Assembly: GCA_034722055.1 (NCBI GenBank)
Contig: JAYENL010000242.1
Coordinates: 72,609 to 136,608, forward strand
From: Armatimonadota bacterium
GTDB lineage: Bacteria > Armatimonadota > Zipacnadia > Zipacnadales > UBA5352
Direction: 5' to 3'
DNA: 64,000 bases
The notes beneath the pieces were generated by a model. The model was not told the origin of the DNA. It did not search any database and worked only from the letters and a program-made list of their open reading frames with translations. Of this stretch, positions 1-9,471 are shown in pieces. The translations under genes and the position numbers were made by a program. Each line of letters begins with the position of its first letter. The stretch's first letter is position 1.

Positions 1-2189
1 GGGTGCACCGTCCAGCCCTTCAGATCCTCGGTGAAGTCCGGATTCTCGATGTGCTCGAGCATGTACGGGTCGGCGGTCACACGGCTGGTGTTGCCCTCGA
101 TGCAGTAGTGCTCGAAGAACCGCCCGATCCAGCGCAGCCGCTCCTCGTCGGTGTATCCCGACCGCCAGATGTGCACTCCGCCCAGGCCGAAGAAGGCCGG
201 ATGCGTGGCCAGCATCTGGAACTGCATATCCAGGTAGGCGTTGTAGTTGCAGTGCGGGAAGCCGTCGGCGAAGGGCCACGGGAACGAAAAGGTCCCCGGC
301 ACCCACACGGTCTCGAAGGTCACATCCGGCAGGCTGTCCTCGAACTGGAAGAGCATCCGCTCCGGCGCCCGCCGCATGTAGTCCAGGGCCTCTCTCAGCG
401 TGGGCCACTCCGCCAGATAGGCCTCCCGGCAGATCATCCCGTCGGCGGCGATGCAGGCCTGTGCGAACTCGACGCTCCCCTCATCCAGCCCGAACTTGCC
501 GGCCACGTAAGGGAAGAAGCCCTTCTCCGGGTACTGTCTGCGCAGCAGCTTCGCCATCTCAATGTAGGAGGGGTAGGCGGGGTCGTTCGGGGTGTAGAAC
601 TCGTCCACCAGCACACCGTCCATGAGCGGGTGGGCGAAGCCGGGCTTGGTCGAGTAGTGCTCGAAGAGCCGCTGTCCGGTCTCCTCGATCTCCCCGTGGC
701 CGTGCAGGCCCGGCCGCGACGTGTAGACGATCCACCGCCCGCCCCGGTCGATCCACTGGCGGACGCGGTCCTCGATGCCGCTCGGATCGCCGGAGGTTAT
801 GATGGTCGTGGCACTGGGCAGGATGTGCCTGGAGATGAACTCCCAGTCATACTCGGGGTTGGCCTCGATGTGGTAGACGGTCGTCGGGAAGCGGCTGTGC
901 TGAATGTCGGGGATGGCCCGCACCTCAAGCTGCACCAGCCGGGCGTCGCCCCCGGCGGCGACCTGGATGGTGTGCTCCCCGGCCTCCACCCGACGCTTTG
1001 CGAACATCACGCGCTGGGAGCCGTCGTGCAGCGTGATGGCGTCCGCCGGGTCATCCGAGTCCAGCATGACGGCGACCGAGCCGTCGCCGACATCCGCGGT
1101 GGTGCGGACATACAGCCAGCGCTGGATCGGGACGCTGAACTCGTGCTCTCCGGCCAGGCCACCCTCATCGGCAGTGACATTGAGCAGCTCCCAGACGAAG
1201 TTGTTGAGGGCCTTCACATCCCTGAAGCGCCGATCGCGGCCGGGCCACCGCACGATGACAGTGGCGCCCTCACCCAGAAGCTCCCCCTCAGTGTCCCGCA
1301 ACCCCACCAGGGCAATGTAGCTGCCCACCGGCAGGTCGGCGGCGTCGAAGATCAACTCCTCGCGCATGTTCGGGGCAGTCAGCCGCTCCGCCCGTCCCAC
1401 CACGACGTCCGTCGCGGCGCTGTGCAGGACGGCCTGCAGGCGCACCTGCGCAACTCCCTCCAGCGGTGGCACATCAACCGAGAGGCCGATCTTGCCCGGC
1501 GCCGGATAGACGCGGGAGCTGACCTGCAGCTCGTCTGAGGGAAGCGACTGCGCCACGGCCGCCACCACGTTGACCTCCTCGGGCCGCGTGAAGACACGCA
1601 CGTTGTCGAAGTGCCCCTTGTGCCACACGTAGAAGCCGATCTTCCGGTTCATCGGCCCCGGCAGCGGGTCCTCGTGCGTGTAATCCAGCACCGTCTCTCC
1701 GTCGATGATGTGCCGGAAGCGGTGGCCGAAGCGCTCGCAGACCACATGATGCCACGTGTTCGGCGCGATCTTCGCGACGTATTCCTTCCCGGGCTGGCCC
1801 TTTAGCAGGAACCGGCCGACGGTGTTGTTCTGCGACCCGAAGCCGAAGAAGTAGCCGCTGGAGTAGCCGTCCTCGTTCCCGTTGACGATCGCGCTGAGGT
1901 CGCAGGGATCGTCAACCGGTGCCATGGCGTCGTACTCCAGCCGGATGGCGCCGTCGAGCTTCTTCTGGCAGAAGATCACGTTGCGGCCCATGTCCTCCTC
2001 ACGTCCGACGACCAGCTCCCCGTCCTCGATGCGCGCCAGGCCCGACGCCCACCAGTCCTCGCCGAGCTCCTCGCGCTCGAAGACGTCCTCGAACTGCAGC
2101 GTCCAGTCCTCGGCCGCCGCCAGTCCGGCGGCCAGCGTCATGATGGCGACCGCACCTGCAAGCGTCAGTCCGCGCGTGTACATTGACAT
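1..2189 (-). CDS. Secreted multidomain hypothetical protein: ConA/lectin-like N-terminus, putative glycoside-hydrolase-like barrel, start of a CBM-like domain; runs off the left edge
   Basis: Not in the ORF track because it has no stop in the window. Translated by hand from ATG 2189 (AAGGAG SD): MSMYTRGLTLAGAVAIMTLAAGLAAA signal peptide; W-H-H-V / IGFY / FDNVRV beta-sandwich pattern; GVLVDEF; NPDF..LKGW at the edge. The + ORF 3..1538 is its antisense shadow. Confidence 0.8.
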   Translation of the reverse strand, partial: MSMYTRGLTLAGAVAIMTLAAGLAAAEDWTLQFEDVFEREELGEDWWASGLARIEDGELVVGREEDMGRNVIFCQKKLDGAIRLEYDAMAPVDDPCDLSAIVNGNEDGYSSGYFFGFGSQNNTVGRFLLKGQPGKEYVAKIAPNTWHHVVCERFGHRFRHIIDGETVLDYTHEDPLPGPMNRKIGFYVWHKGHFDNVRVFTRPEEVNVVAAVAQSLPSDELQVSSRVYPAPGKIGLSVDVPPLEGVAQVRLQAVLHSAATDVVVGRAERLTAPNMREELIFDAADLPVGSYIALVGLRDTEGELLGEGATVIVRWPGRDRRFRDVKALNNFVWELLNVTADEGGLAGEHEFSVPIQRWLYVRTTADVGDGSVAVMLDSDDPADAITLHDGSQRVMFAKRRVEAGEHTIQVAAGGDARLVQLEVRAIPDIQHSRFPTTVYHIEANPEYDWEFISRHILPSATTIITSGDPSGIEDRVRQWIDRGGRWIVYTSRPGLHGHGEIEETGQRLFEHYSTKPGFAHPLMDGVLVDEFYTPNDPAYPSYIEMAKLLRRQYPEKGFFPYVAGKFGLDEGSVEFAQACIAADGMICREAYLAEWPTLREALDYMRRAPERMLFQFEDSLPDVTFETVWVPGTFSFPWPFADGFPHCNYNAYLDMQFQMLATHPAFFGLGGVHIWRSGYTDEERLRWIGRFFEHYCIEGNTSRVTADPYMLEHIENPDFTEDLKGWTVH

Positions 2190-2352
2190 GGTTCGGCTCC
2201 TTGCGCCGAAGGTATGCGCGTTCGTCGAGCCACGTCGAAGCGTTCACCGCGGTCCGGCGTGAATCCTCTCGGCGCCAGCGGGAAGGGAGTTGGCGGCTCA
2301 GTTGGGAAGAAGCCCCGTGAGCAGAATCCGGGAGCCACGGGAGGTCCATACC

Positions 2353-4299
2353 ATGTCAGCTTGGGACGCCTTCGCCGTTGCGGCCATCGCCACGCTGCTG
2401 CTGTGCACATCCGCCGGTGCCGAGCAGGCGCTGTGGCCGGTCAACTGCCTCACCAAGGTCATGCCCGACACGCCGCCGGGAGGGGGCGGCGCCATCGAGA
2501 TTGAGGGCGCGCGGGGCGAGACGGTCAGCGCTCAGGCGGCCATCCGCTCGGATGAGCCACTGGCCGGCGCGCAGCCCTCCATCACGGCCCTCAGCGGCGC
2601 CGAGGGCGAGATTCCAGCCAATGCTATGGGGCTGCTCTGGGAGCGCTTCATCGACATCACGCGCAACAGCCCGCTGCCCGAGGACGTCATGGTCGCCAAG
2701 GCCCCCGCCAGCATCCCCGACCCGTTCTGGGAGCAGCCCGCCCGCGACATCCCCGCCGACGCTACTCAGCCCCTGTGGCTGGAGATCGCCATCCCTCGCG
2801 AGGCCGCCCCCGGCCGCTACGAGGGAGAGCTGACGGTACGCTGGGAGGGCGGGGAGGCCGCGCTGCCGCTGCGGCTGCGCGTGCGCGACTTCGAGATGCC
2901 CCAGGAGCGGCACCTGATGGTCACCAACTGGTTCACCTTCCCGGGCGTGCCCTGGCGCGACACCGTGGAGACCGGCTCCGACCAGTACTGGGAGCTGGCC
3001 CGCAAGTTCGCCGAGATCATGGGCCGGCACCGCCAGAACGTCTTCCGGGCGTGGCTGAGCTGGGCAAGCTTCAGCTACGACCCCGATCACGGCTTCTCAG
3101 CGGATTGGTCGCGCTTCGACCGCTGGGCGGAGACGTTCTTCGATACCGGCTACTTCGACCGCATGGAGATCTGGGGCACGGGTCGCCGCACCGGAAGCCA
3201 CACCGGACTGGACACCCGCATCATCATGGTGGACTTCTCCGTGGAGACTCCCGAGGGCGTGGAGCTGACCACCGAGGAGAAGTTCCGCGGCGTGCTGGGC
3301 CTGCTCGAGGAGCACCTGCAGGAGCGGGGCTGGCAGGACCGGGCCATGATCCACGTCTGCGACGAGCCCTTCCAGCCGTCGGTGCCAACCTACCGCCAGA
3401 TCGCCGATCTGGTCCACGAGGTGGCGCCCAGCCTCAAGATCATCGAGGCCATCGAGGCCGAGGGCTTCGGGGACTCCCTGGACGTGTGGGTGCCCAAGCT
3501 CAGCCACCTGAACCTGTGGTGGGAGAACTTCCGCGAGGAGAAGCGGGGCCGCGACATCGAGCTGTGGTTCTACACCTGCTGCCACCCGGTCGGGCGCTAC
3601 CCCAACCGCTTCCTGGACCAGCCCCTCACCGCCGTCCGCGCTCTGCACTGGATCGACTACCTTTACGACCTCGACGGCTACCTGCACTGGGGCCTGAACC
3701 ACTACCACGGCGATCAGCCCTTCACCGAGGAGGGCATCTCCGGGCCGCACCCGCTGGGCGACCACGCCATCATGTACCCCACCGAGGATGGACCCATGGG
3801 CTCGCTCCGCTGGTCGGCGATGCGCGACGGCATCCAGGACTTCGAGTACCTGTGGCTGCTCACCCGGCGCCTGACCGAGCTCAAGCAGCGCCTCGGGGAT
3901 GACGGCTGGTGGCTCGACCCCCGCCAGCGCCCGGAGGAGTTGTGCCGGCGCGTGGTGCAGTCGTTCTATCGCTACAACCCGGACGCGGGGCGGCTTCTGG
4001 AGGCTCGCTCACTGATCGCGGACGAGATCGAGGCCCTGCAGAACGATCCGCTGCTGTTCGTGCAGACCTCGCCGCCGGAGCATACCGAGATTCCGGCCGG
4101 CCCGCGGCTGATCAACATCTACGGGGCGGCCGACCCGGGTGCGGTCATCTCCGTCAACGGCGAAGAGAAGCTGACCGTCGGCGAGTCCGGCACATTCGAG
4201 ATGCCGCACTTCATCGGCGGGGATGGCGTCGTCCGCATCACCGCCGCGCTCGACGGGAGGCAGGCACATGCCGACCGCGCTTTCGTGCTCACCGAGTAG
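2353..4299 (+). CDS. Secreted DUF4091 / GH123-like glycoside hydrolase domain protein
   Basis: ATG after GGGAGGT; signal peptide; ARGETVSAQ, IPDP, QPLWLEI, DEP, WFYTCC, GYLHWG and SLRWSAMRDGIQDFEYL motifs typical of DUF4091 proteins. Confidence 0.8.
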   Translation: MSAWDAFAVAAIATLLLCTSAGAEQALWPVNCLTKVMPDTPPGGGGAIEIEGARGETVSAQAAIRSDEPLAGAQPSITALSGAEGEIPANAMGLLWERFIDITRNSPLPEDVMVAKAPASIPDPFWEQPARDIPADATQPLWLEIAIPREAAPGRYEGELTVRWEGGEAALPLRLRVRDFEMPQERHLMVTNWFTFPGVPWRDTVETGSDQYWELARKFAEIMGRHRQNVFRAWLSWASFSYDPDHGFSADWSRFDRWAETFFDTGYFDRMEIWGTGRRTGSHTGLDTRIIMVDFSVETPEGVELTTEEKFRGVLGLLEEHLQERGWQDRAMIHVCDEPFQPSVPTYRQIADLVHEVAPSLKIIEAIEAEGFGDSLDVWVPKLSHLNLWWENFREEKRGRDIELWFYTCCHPVGRYPNRFLDQPLTAVRALHWIDYLYDLDGYLHWGLNHYHGDQPFTEEGISGPHPLGDHAIMYPTEDGPMGSLRWSAMRDGIQDFEYLWLLTRRLTELKQRLGDDGWWLDPRQRPEELCRRVVQSFYRYNPDAGRLLEARSLIADEIEALQNDPLLFVQTSPPEHTEIPAGPRLINIYGAADPGAVISVNGEEKLTVGESGTFEMPHFIGGDGVVRITAALDGRQAHADRAFVLTE

Positions 4300-4388
4300 C
4301 TCCGCGCGGCTGACGAGGCTGATGGCCATTGACCGCGCCCGAAGGCACCTGCTGGTGGCGGTGGCGGCAGGCGGCCGATAGCGGGCGC

Positions 4389-6605
4389 TCACTCCAGGTC
4401 CTCGGCTGGCAGGATGCTGAAATCGTCGAACCAGAACTGGTCGCCCTTGGACCCGTTTCCGTTGGTCCAGAAGCGCAGCATCTTCAGCAGCCTCACGTTC
4501 CGGTGCACCTCGCGGATGGCGCGGGCGTCGATGGTGACCTCGTGCCACTGCCCGTCGTCAATCAGCTCCCACCTCGGCACGTGCGGATAGCCGCCCGGAT
4601 CGCGAGCCGCGCTGCCGCCCACGCAGACGGCGCCTATCCCCCACTCGTCGCTGGCAAACGGATAGAGCATGATCCCCACCGGCACGCCCTCGGGGATGCG
4701 GTAGGCGAAGCGCGCGTAGGGGAAGCGATCGATGTCCCACCATCGGGGCCGGATGTCGCAGGCCATGATGGCCCCGTCATCCTCAGCATACACGCGCATC
4801 GACCGCTCGCCCGAGTTGGCCGTCGTCTCGTCCAGCCGGGAGTCAGTGTTCTTCTGCCGCGAGAAGTTCCAGTAGTAGTGCCAGTCCTCCCGGTCCTCCT
4901 CCTCGAAGCCTACGACCACCACCGGCTCGCTGGCTGTCTCCATGGTGGGCAGCCGCAGACCCTCGGGCACCCCGGGTGCCAGGTACCACTCCTCGCCCTC
5001 AGCCCCCATCTCGAAGGCGCCCAGATCGGGCGCCGAGCCTGCGTACGGGAGGGTCACCGGGGCGCCCTCCCGCCAGGTCAGGTCCCGGTCCAGCGCCAGC
5101 ATGTTCGCCTCCAGGTCCCGCCCGATCACGCGTGCCTGCGCGCGCTCCTCCCCCACCACGATCAGGTCGCCCTGCTCCCCGGGGATGCCGAAGCCGTCGT
5201 AGAAGTAGCGCGCGTCCTCGACCTGCAGGAGTCTGCCGGAGCCGCCGACGGCCGCGCGCGTCAGCGGGCGGCCGGCGTCGATGGCCGGGCTGCCCTCCCG
5301 CAGGCGGTAGTCGTCGGCCTCCGCGTCCACGAACCGCGGGTCGGCGTCGATGCTGTCCGCGAACTGCTCCCGCCGCTGCCTGTGCGCCTCATCTACCGTC
5401 CACGGCTCGCCCGGCCACTCCGCCGCTCGCGCGTAGCTCTCATAGACGCGTATCGCCGCCCGGCCCGGGCGGTCGCCGCAGATGAGGTTGCTCAGCCAGC
5501 GGTTGTCGTCGCCGATGTTGTCGCGGATCAGCAGCGCCGTACGCCCGCCGCCGGGATCGTTGTCGAAGAAGATGTTGTTGGCGAAGACATTCTGGTAGAC
5601 CCAGTGGTCGCGGCGGGACTCGCCTCCGTAGTCGGAGAGCTGGAAGCCCCCGTCGTGGTTCCGGTACCAGGTGTTGTGGTACAGCCGCGAGCGGGCCATC
5701 GAGAATGGGTCGGCCTCGGGGTGCCCCGGCCACTGGTAGGCGTTGATGACCAGCGGCATGTACCAGTTGCGGTAGATCAGGTTTCGGCGGAAGATGCTGT
5801 CGATGATGAACAGCTTCGCTCGGCCATCGGCTGAGCCGGAGCCGTCGAAGCCATTGGTGATGACGTTGCCCTCGACCAGCATCAGCGGGGCGGAGAAGAA
5901 CTCGAAGTTCCGGCCCCAGCGGCAGTCGAAGACGTTGCCCCGCAGCACCATGTACTCGCAGTCGAACCACACGTGCAGCGGGCAGTGGCCCGCGCGGCTG
6001 AAGTAGTTGCCCTCAAAGAGGCAGTGCGAGCAGCCCCGGTTGTTCCACATGTTCCCGCCGATGTGCCCCCACTCGTTGATGGAGTGCAGGCGCAGCACCC
6101 GATTGCGCAGATAGCGGTTGTAGTGGCAGTCAGTGCAGGTCGTGGCCCCCCAGCCCTCGCCCTCCTCCATGGTGCAGTCCGCCACCGTGCAGTGCTCCGC
6201 GCCCTCCAGCAGCATCCAGCGACCGCGTGCCGGCAGCATGTGAAAGCCCTCGATGACGATGTGGCTGCGCCCGGGCAGGTAGACGCACGCGGCCTGCCCG
6301 TTGGACGCCTCTCCGCCGCGCAGCACCGCCCCAAGCGGGTTCTCCGAGCGATAGGTGATCGGCGCGCCCTCCTCGCCCGAGGTGGCAGGCTCGATGACGC
6401 CCTCGTACTCCCCGTCCGGCAGCACCACCGTGTCGCCCGGCTGCAGCGACTCATTCGCCTTCGCCAGCGTCCGCCAGGGGCTCCCGCGCGTGCCCTCGGC
6501 GGCGTCATCCCCTTCCGGCGAGAGGTAGTAGCTCTCGGCGTGCACCGCGCTCATCGCGAGGATCACCGCCAGCGCGACCATGATCGGAACGGGCATCCTC
6601 ATCAT
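4389..6605 (-). CDS. Secreted right-handed parallel beta-helix protein (DUF1565/pectin-lyase-like) with C-terminal CBM-like domain
   Basis: ATG 6605 after AAGGAG; signal peptide; YYLSPEGDD..G....PWRTLAKA...PGDTV..G.Y; Asn-rich coils; DPRFVD..DYRL..GSPAIDAG and APDLGAFE. The ORF-track N-terminal extension is antisense to the amidohydrolase. Confidence 0.8.
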   Translation of the reverse strand: MMRMPVPIMVALAVILAMSAVHAESYYLSPEGDDAAEGTRGSPWRTLAKANESLQPGDTVVLPDGEYEGVIEPATSGEEGAPITYRSENPLGAVLRGGEASNGQAACVYLPGRSHIVIEGFHMLPARGRWMLLEGAEHCTVADCTMEEGEGWGATTCTDCHYNRYLRNRVLRLHSINEWGHIGGNMWNNRGCSHCLFEGNYFSRAGHCPLHVWFDCEYMVLRGNVFDCRWGRNFEFFSAPLMLVEGNVITNGFDGSGSADGRAKLFIIDSIFRRNLIYRNWYMPLVINAYQWPGHPEADPFSMARSRLYHNTWYRNHDGGFQLSDYGGESRRDHWVYQNVFANNIFFDNDPGGGRTALLIRDNIGDDNRWLSNLICGDRPGRAAIRVYESYARAAEWPGEPWTVDEAHRQRREQFADSIDADPRFVDAEADDYRLREGSPAIDAGRPLTRAAVGGSGRLLQVEDARYFYDGFGIPGEQGDLIVVGEERAQARVIGRDLEANMLALDRDLTWREGAPVTLPYAGSAPDLGAFEMGAEGEEWYLAPGVPEGLRLPTMETASEPVVVVGFEEEDREDWHYYWNFSRQKNTDSRLDETTANSGERSMRVYAEDDGAIMACDIRPRWWDIDRFPYARFAYRIPEGVPVGIMLYPFASDEWGIGAVCVGGSAARDPGGYPHVPRWELIDDGQWHEVTIDARAIREVHRNVRLLKMLRFWTNGNGSKGDQFWFDDFSILPAEDLE

Positions 6606-6725
6606 GCTCTCTCCTTGCGCTCCCGGAGCCTGCGGGCACCCTTTCCGGCCATCGCGAAGGGACTCCTCCGCCGGCGAGGAAACTGCGGAAGCGCACAACG
6701 CGATGACAGGTGAGGAGCCAATGTC

Positions 6726-7607
6726 ATGCTCATCGACTGCCACACACACGTCTGCCGCACCCACTCCGTGCCGCGCAGCAATGGCAGCGACTACGCCGAC
6801 GGCGATCAGCTCGTCGGCAGGCTCGATGACCTCGGGATCGACATGGCGGTGGTGCTCGCGGGCGTCAGCCCTGAGTGCCGGAATCGCTACGTGCCGCCGG
6901 AGGATGTCGTGGAGGTCTGTAAGGCGCACTCGGACCGGCTGATCCCCTTCTGCAACGTCGATCCCCGCGCCGGTTCCAACAGCCCGGAGACGGACTTCAC
7001 CCGCTTCTTCGACACTTACGTGGAGATGGGTTGCAGGGGCGTGGGCGAGATGACTGCCAACCTCGACTTCGACGATCCGATGTGCTGGAACCTCTTCGGG
7101 CACATCTCCGACTACGGCCTGCCGATGACCATCCACATCGCGCCCAGCCGCGGCGGCGCCTACGGGCTCTATGACGACCTCGGCCTGCCGCGGCTGGAGA
7201 GGACGCTGCAGGAGTTCCCGGACCTCACCATCCTCGGCCACTCGCAGCCGTTCTGGGCGGAGATCAGCGCCGACGTCACTGAGGAGACGCGCAACGGCTA
7301 CCCCGACGGCGAGGTCACGCCCGGGCGCCTCGTGGAGCTGTTCGAGAGCTACGAGAACCTGTGGGGCGATCTCTCCGCCGGCAGCGGCCACAACGCCATC
7401 AGCCGCGACCCTGAGTTCGGGAATCAGTTCATCGAGCAGTTTCAGGACCGGTTGATGTTCGGCACCGACATCTCATTCCCGGAGTACGAGCCGCCGCTGC
7501 CGGACTACTTCCGCTCGCTGAGGGGCCAGATCTCCGACGAGGCCTGGGAGAAGGTGGCCTGGCGCAACATCGACCGGCTGCTGGATCTGGGAGTGGCCCA
7601 AGGCTGA
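6726..7607 (+). CDS. Amidohydrolase family 2 metallohydrolase
   Basis: IDCHTH (HxH), GVGE, TIH, ILGH, DLS and LMFGTD motifs; GAGGAG SD. Confidence 0.88.
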   Translation: MLIDCHTHVCRTHSVPRSNGSDYADGDQLVGRLDDLGIDMAVVLAGVSPECRNRYVPPEDVVEVCKAHSDRLIPFCNVDPRAGSNSPETDFTRFFDTYVEMGCRGVGEMTANLDFDDPMCWNLFGHISDYGLPMTIHIAPSRGGAYGLYDDLGLPRLERTLQEFPDLTILGHSQPFWAEISADVTEETRNGYPDGEVTPGRLVELFESYENLWGDLSAGSGHNAISRDPEFGNQFIEQFQDRLMFGTDISFPEYEPPLPDYFRSLRGQISDEAWEKVAWRNIDRLLDLGVAQG

Positions 7608-7630
7608 GTGCTGAAGCCGCGCACAAGCCC

Positions 7631-8785
7631 CTAGGCCCAAGCGCCATCGAGCAGCTCATCAGGAACTGGCAACCCAACGCTGGCACGCACGTGGAGGTGC
7701 CCGAGCGCCGCCATCTCACGGATCATAGCGGCGACCTCGCTCTCGGCGAATGGTGGGCTCCGGCGCTGCTTCCAGTCCATAACGTACTCGAAGACCTCGG
7801 CTTCAGTCGGCGGCTCCCGTCCGCTCCGCAACTGATCGGCCGCGAAATGCACGGTCCCTGCAAGTTCCGCGGTGCGAGTGTCCATTCGCGCGAAGAGGTC
7901 GTGTAGCTGGTCAATCACGTCTTCACAGCGTCGAAGCTCATCGCGGTACTCATCGCGAGCGTCAGCGTAGGTAGGGCCTGGATGCGCGCGGAACATCCGC
8001 CCACTGCGCTCTTCGCGAAGCAGGCCGTTATTGATGAGCAGGCTCAGGACGCCCTTGAGCTCATCCGAGTACGGGCCGTAGCTTGATCTGCGGAATCGAA
8101 GCCCGGTGGGCAGCCCCAGCGCCGTGGCAAAGTAGGCGAGCTTCTGCAGTTTCGTGCGGCCTGTGGGAGGCGTGTAGGGCTCCGCCTCCAGCCGACGCAA
8201 GACCTCGATCACGGCAATCAGACCAGGTTCGAGTGAGGCCCCAGCGCCGTCACCATGGTCGGTCTTGATAGGTTCTTCGAAGAAGTCTAGGGTGAGTTGC
8301 TCCGGCGGTGCATCCCAAGGAGCGTAGAGCTCGACAGGGATGTGCAACTCCCCGAGAAGGCGGTATAGTGTCGGCCCGACGATGCGCCAATCCAGTTGGC
8401 CGTTTCCACACCCCAATGGTGGCACAGCTATCGACTCAATTCCCCATTCGTCAGCATGGGCAATCAGGTAACGCATCCCCTCGATAATGTCGCTGATCCG
8501 GGAGAAGGCTCGCCAGTGCCCCTTGGTGGGGAAAAGCACTATGTGCGGTGGCTTCTCTCGTTCGAATAGGTAGGGCTTGCCGAGCTGAACCTCCCCGGCC
8601 TTACAGCGCCGAACATAGTCCTCGTACATGTCCGGGAACCGCTCACGGAAGCCTAGGGCAATGCCCTTGCCCATCACGCCAACGCAGTTTACGGAGTTCA
8701 CCAGCGTCTGAGCATTGGATTTGAACAGATCGCCTTGGACGACACGAACCCCCGTTCCCCGATCGTTAGCGGAGAAAGAACACAT
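7631..8785 (-). CDS. darG: DarG macrodomain antitoxin (DNA ADP-ribosylglycohydrolase)
   Basis: GDLF..QTLVNSVNCVGVMGKGIA, FPTKGHWR, SIAVPPLGCGNGQLDW macrodomain; C-terminal KLQKLAYF / YGPYS region. ATG 8785 lies 9 nt downstream of a GGAGG embedded in the darT 3' end. Confidence 0.9.
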   Translation of the reverse strand: MCSFSANDRGTGVRVVQGDLFKSNAQTLVNSVNCVGVMGKGIALGFRERFPDMYEDYVRRCKAGEVQLGKPYLFEREKPPHIVLFPTKGHWRAFSRISDIIEGMRYLIAHADEWGIESIAVPPLGCGNGQLDWRIVGPTLYRLLGELHIPVELYAPWDAPPEQLTLDFFEEPIKTDHGDGAGASLEPGLIAVIEVLRRLEAEPYTPPTGRTKLQKLAYFATALGLPTGLRFRRSSYGPYSDELKGVLSLLINNGLLREERSGRMFRAHPGPTYADARDEYRDELRRCEDVIDQLHDLFARMDTRTAELAGTVHFAADQLRSGREPPTEAEVFEYVMDWKQRRSPPFAESEVAAMIREMAALGHLHVRASVGLPVPDELLDGAWA

Positions 8786-9389
8786 CGGCATCTACCTCCA
8801 CTGGCAGGGCAGGATACGCCTGCGCGACTAGCGCGGCAAGACGTGCGCGCGCTTTCGCACTCGACACGGTTACACGAACGATGTGCTCCGGATCCACTCT
8901 CTCGGGAACGAGAACCTCAGCGCACTTGATCCTTTTGCGCCTGGCCTTCTCGATCGGATCTTCGTGATCCCATGAACGTGCAAAGACAAGTTCCGCATCG
9001 AGGTGCGCAAGACCTGCTGGCGACGGATAGAAGCGGGTCAACTTCGCTGCTGCATTGCCGTCGGCAATAACCACGCCCTCAAGTCGCAGCACGCCAGGTG
9101 CCACACCGATGACGCAGAGGCGTTCGTGATCGTGATGCAAGCAGTACATCATCGGGTTGCGCGGGCAGAAATACAGGTTCGCATAGGAATGGAGTGGCAG
9201 CGAGGTCCCGTCGTGCATTTGCAGCTTGCGGCGGGCGCGTCGTCGTTGGACACTCTCGTTCGCCACGGAAACATGTTCATGCCCTCGGGCGGCAACATGC
9301 GACAGGATCCCCAGTTCGAGTATCGAACGCAGATTCGACTGCGACGCAATATAGTGTAATTGTCCGACTTCGTCAAGTCGCAATCGCAT
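8766..9389 (-). CDS. darT: DarT DNA ADP-ribosyltransferase toxin (DUF4433)
   Basis: LHYI...NL.SIL..GILS, YANLYFCPRNPMMY, DGNAA, KCAEVLVP with the catalytic Glu retained; lies directly upstream of the macrodomain gene. Start ATG 9389 or GTG 9407. Confidence 0.88.
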   Translation of the reverse strand: MRLRLDEVGQLHYIASQSNLRSILELGILSHVAARGHEHVSVANESVQRRRARRKLQMHDGTSLPLHSYANLYFCPRNPMMYCLHHDHERLCVIGVAPGVLRLEGVVIADGNAAAKLTRFYPSPAGLAHLDAELVFARSWDHEDPIEKARRKRIKCAEVLVPERVDPEHIVRVTVSSAKARARLAALVAQAYPALPVEVDADVFFLR

Positions 9390-9471
9390 TTCCCCCGTTT
9401 CTCGCACTGGGTCGGCCTACATGCGCCTCCGCAGATCGAATCCGCCACGATGGCATCCAGTCCATTGAGCG

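Noticed and set aside
3..1538. 511-aa plus-strand ORF
   Set aside because: Antisense shadow of the real minus-strand gene starting at 2189; no recognisable motifs.
6606..7391. N-terminal extension of the 1000-aa ORF 4389..7391
   Set aside because: Antisense to the amidohydrolase; the SD and signal peptide place the start at 6605.
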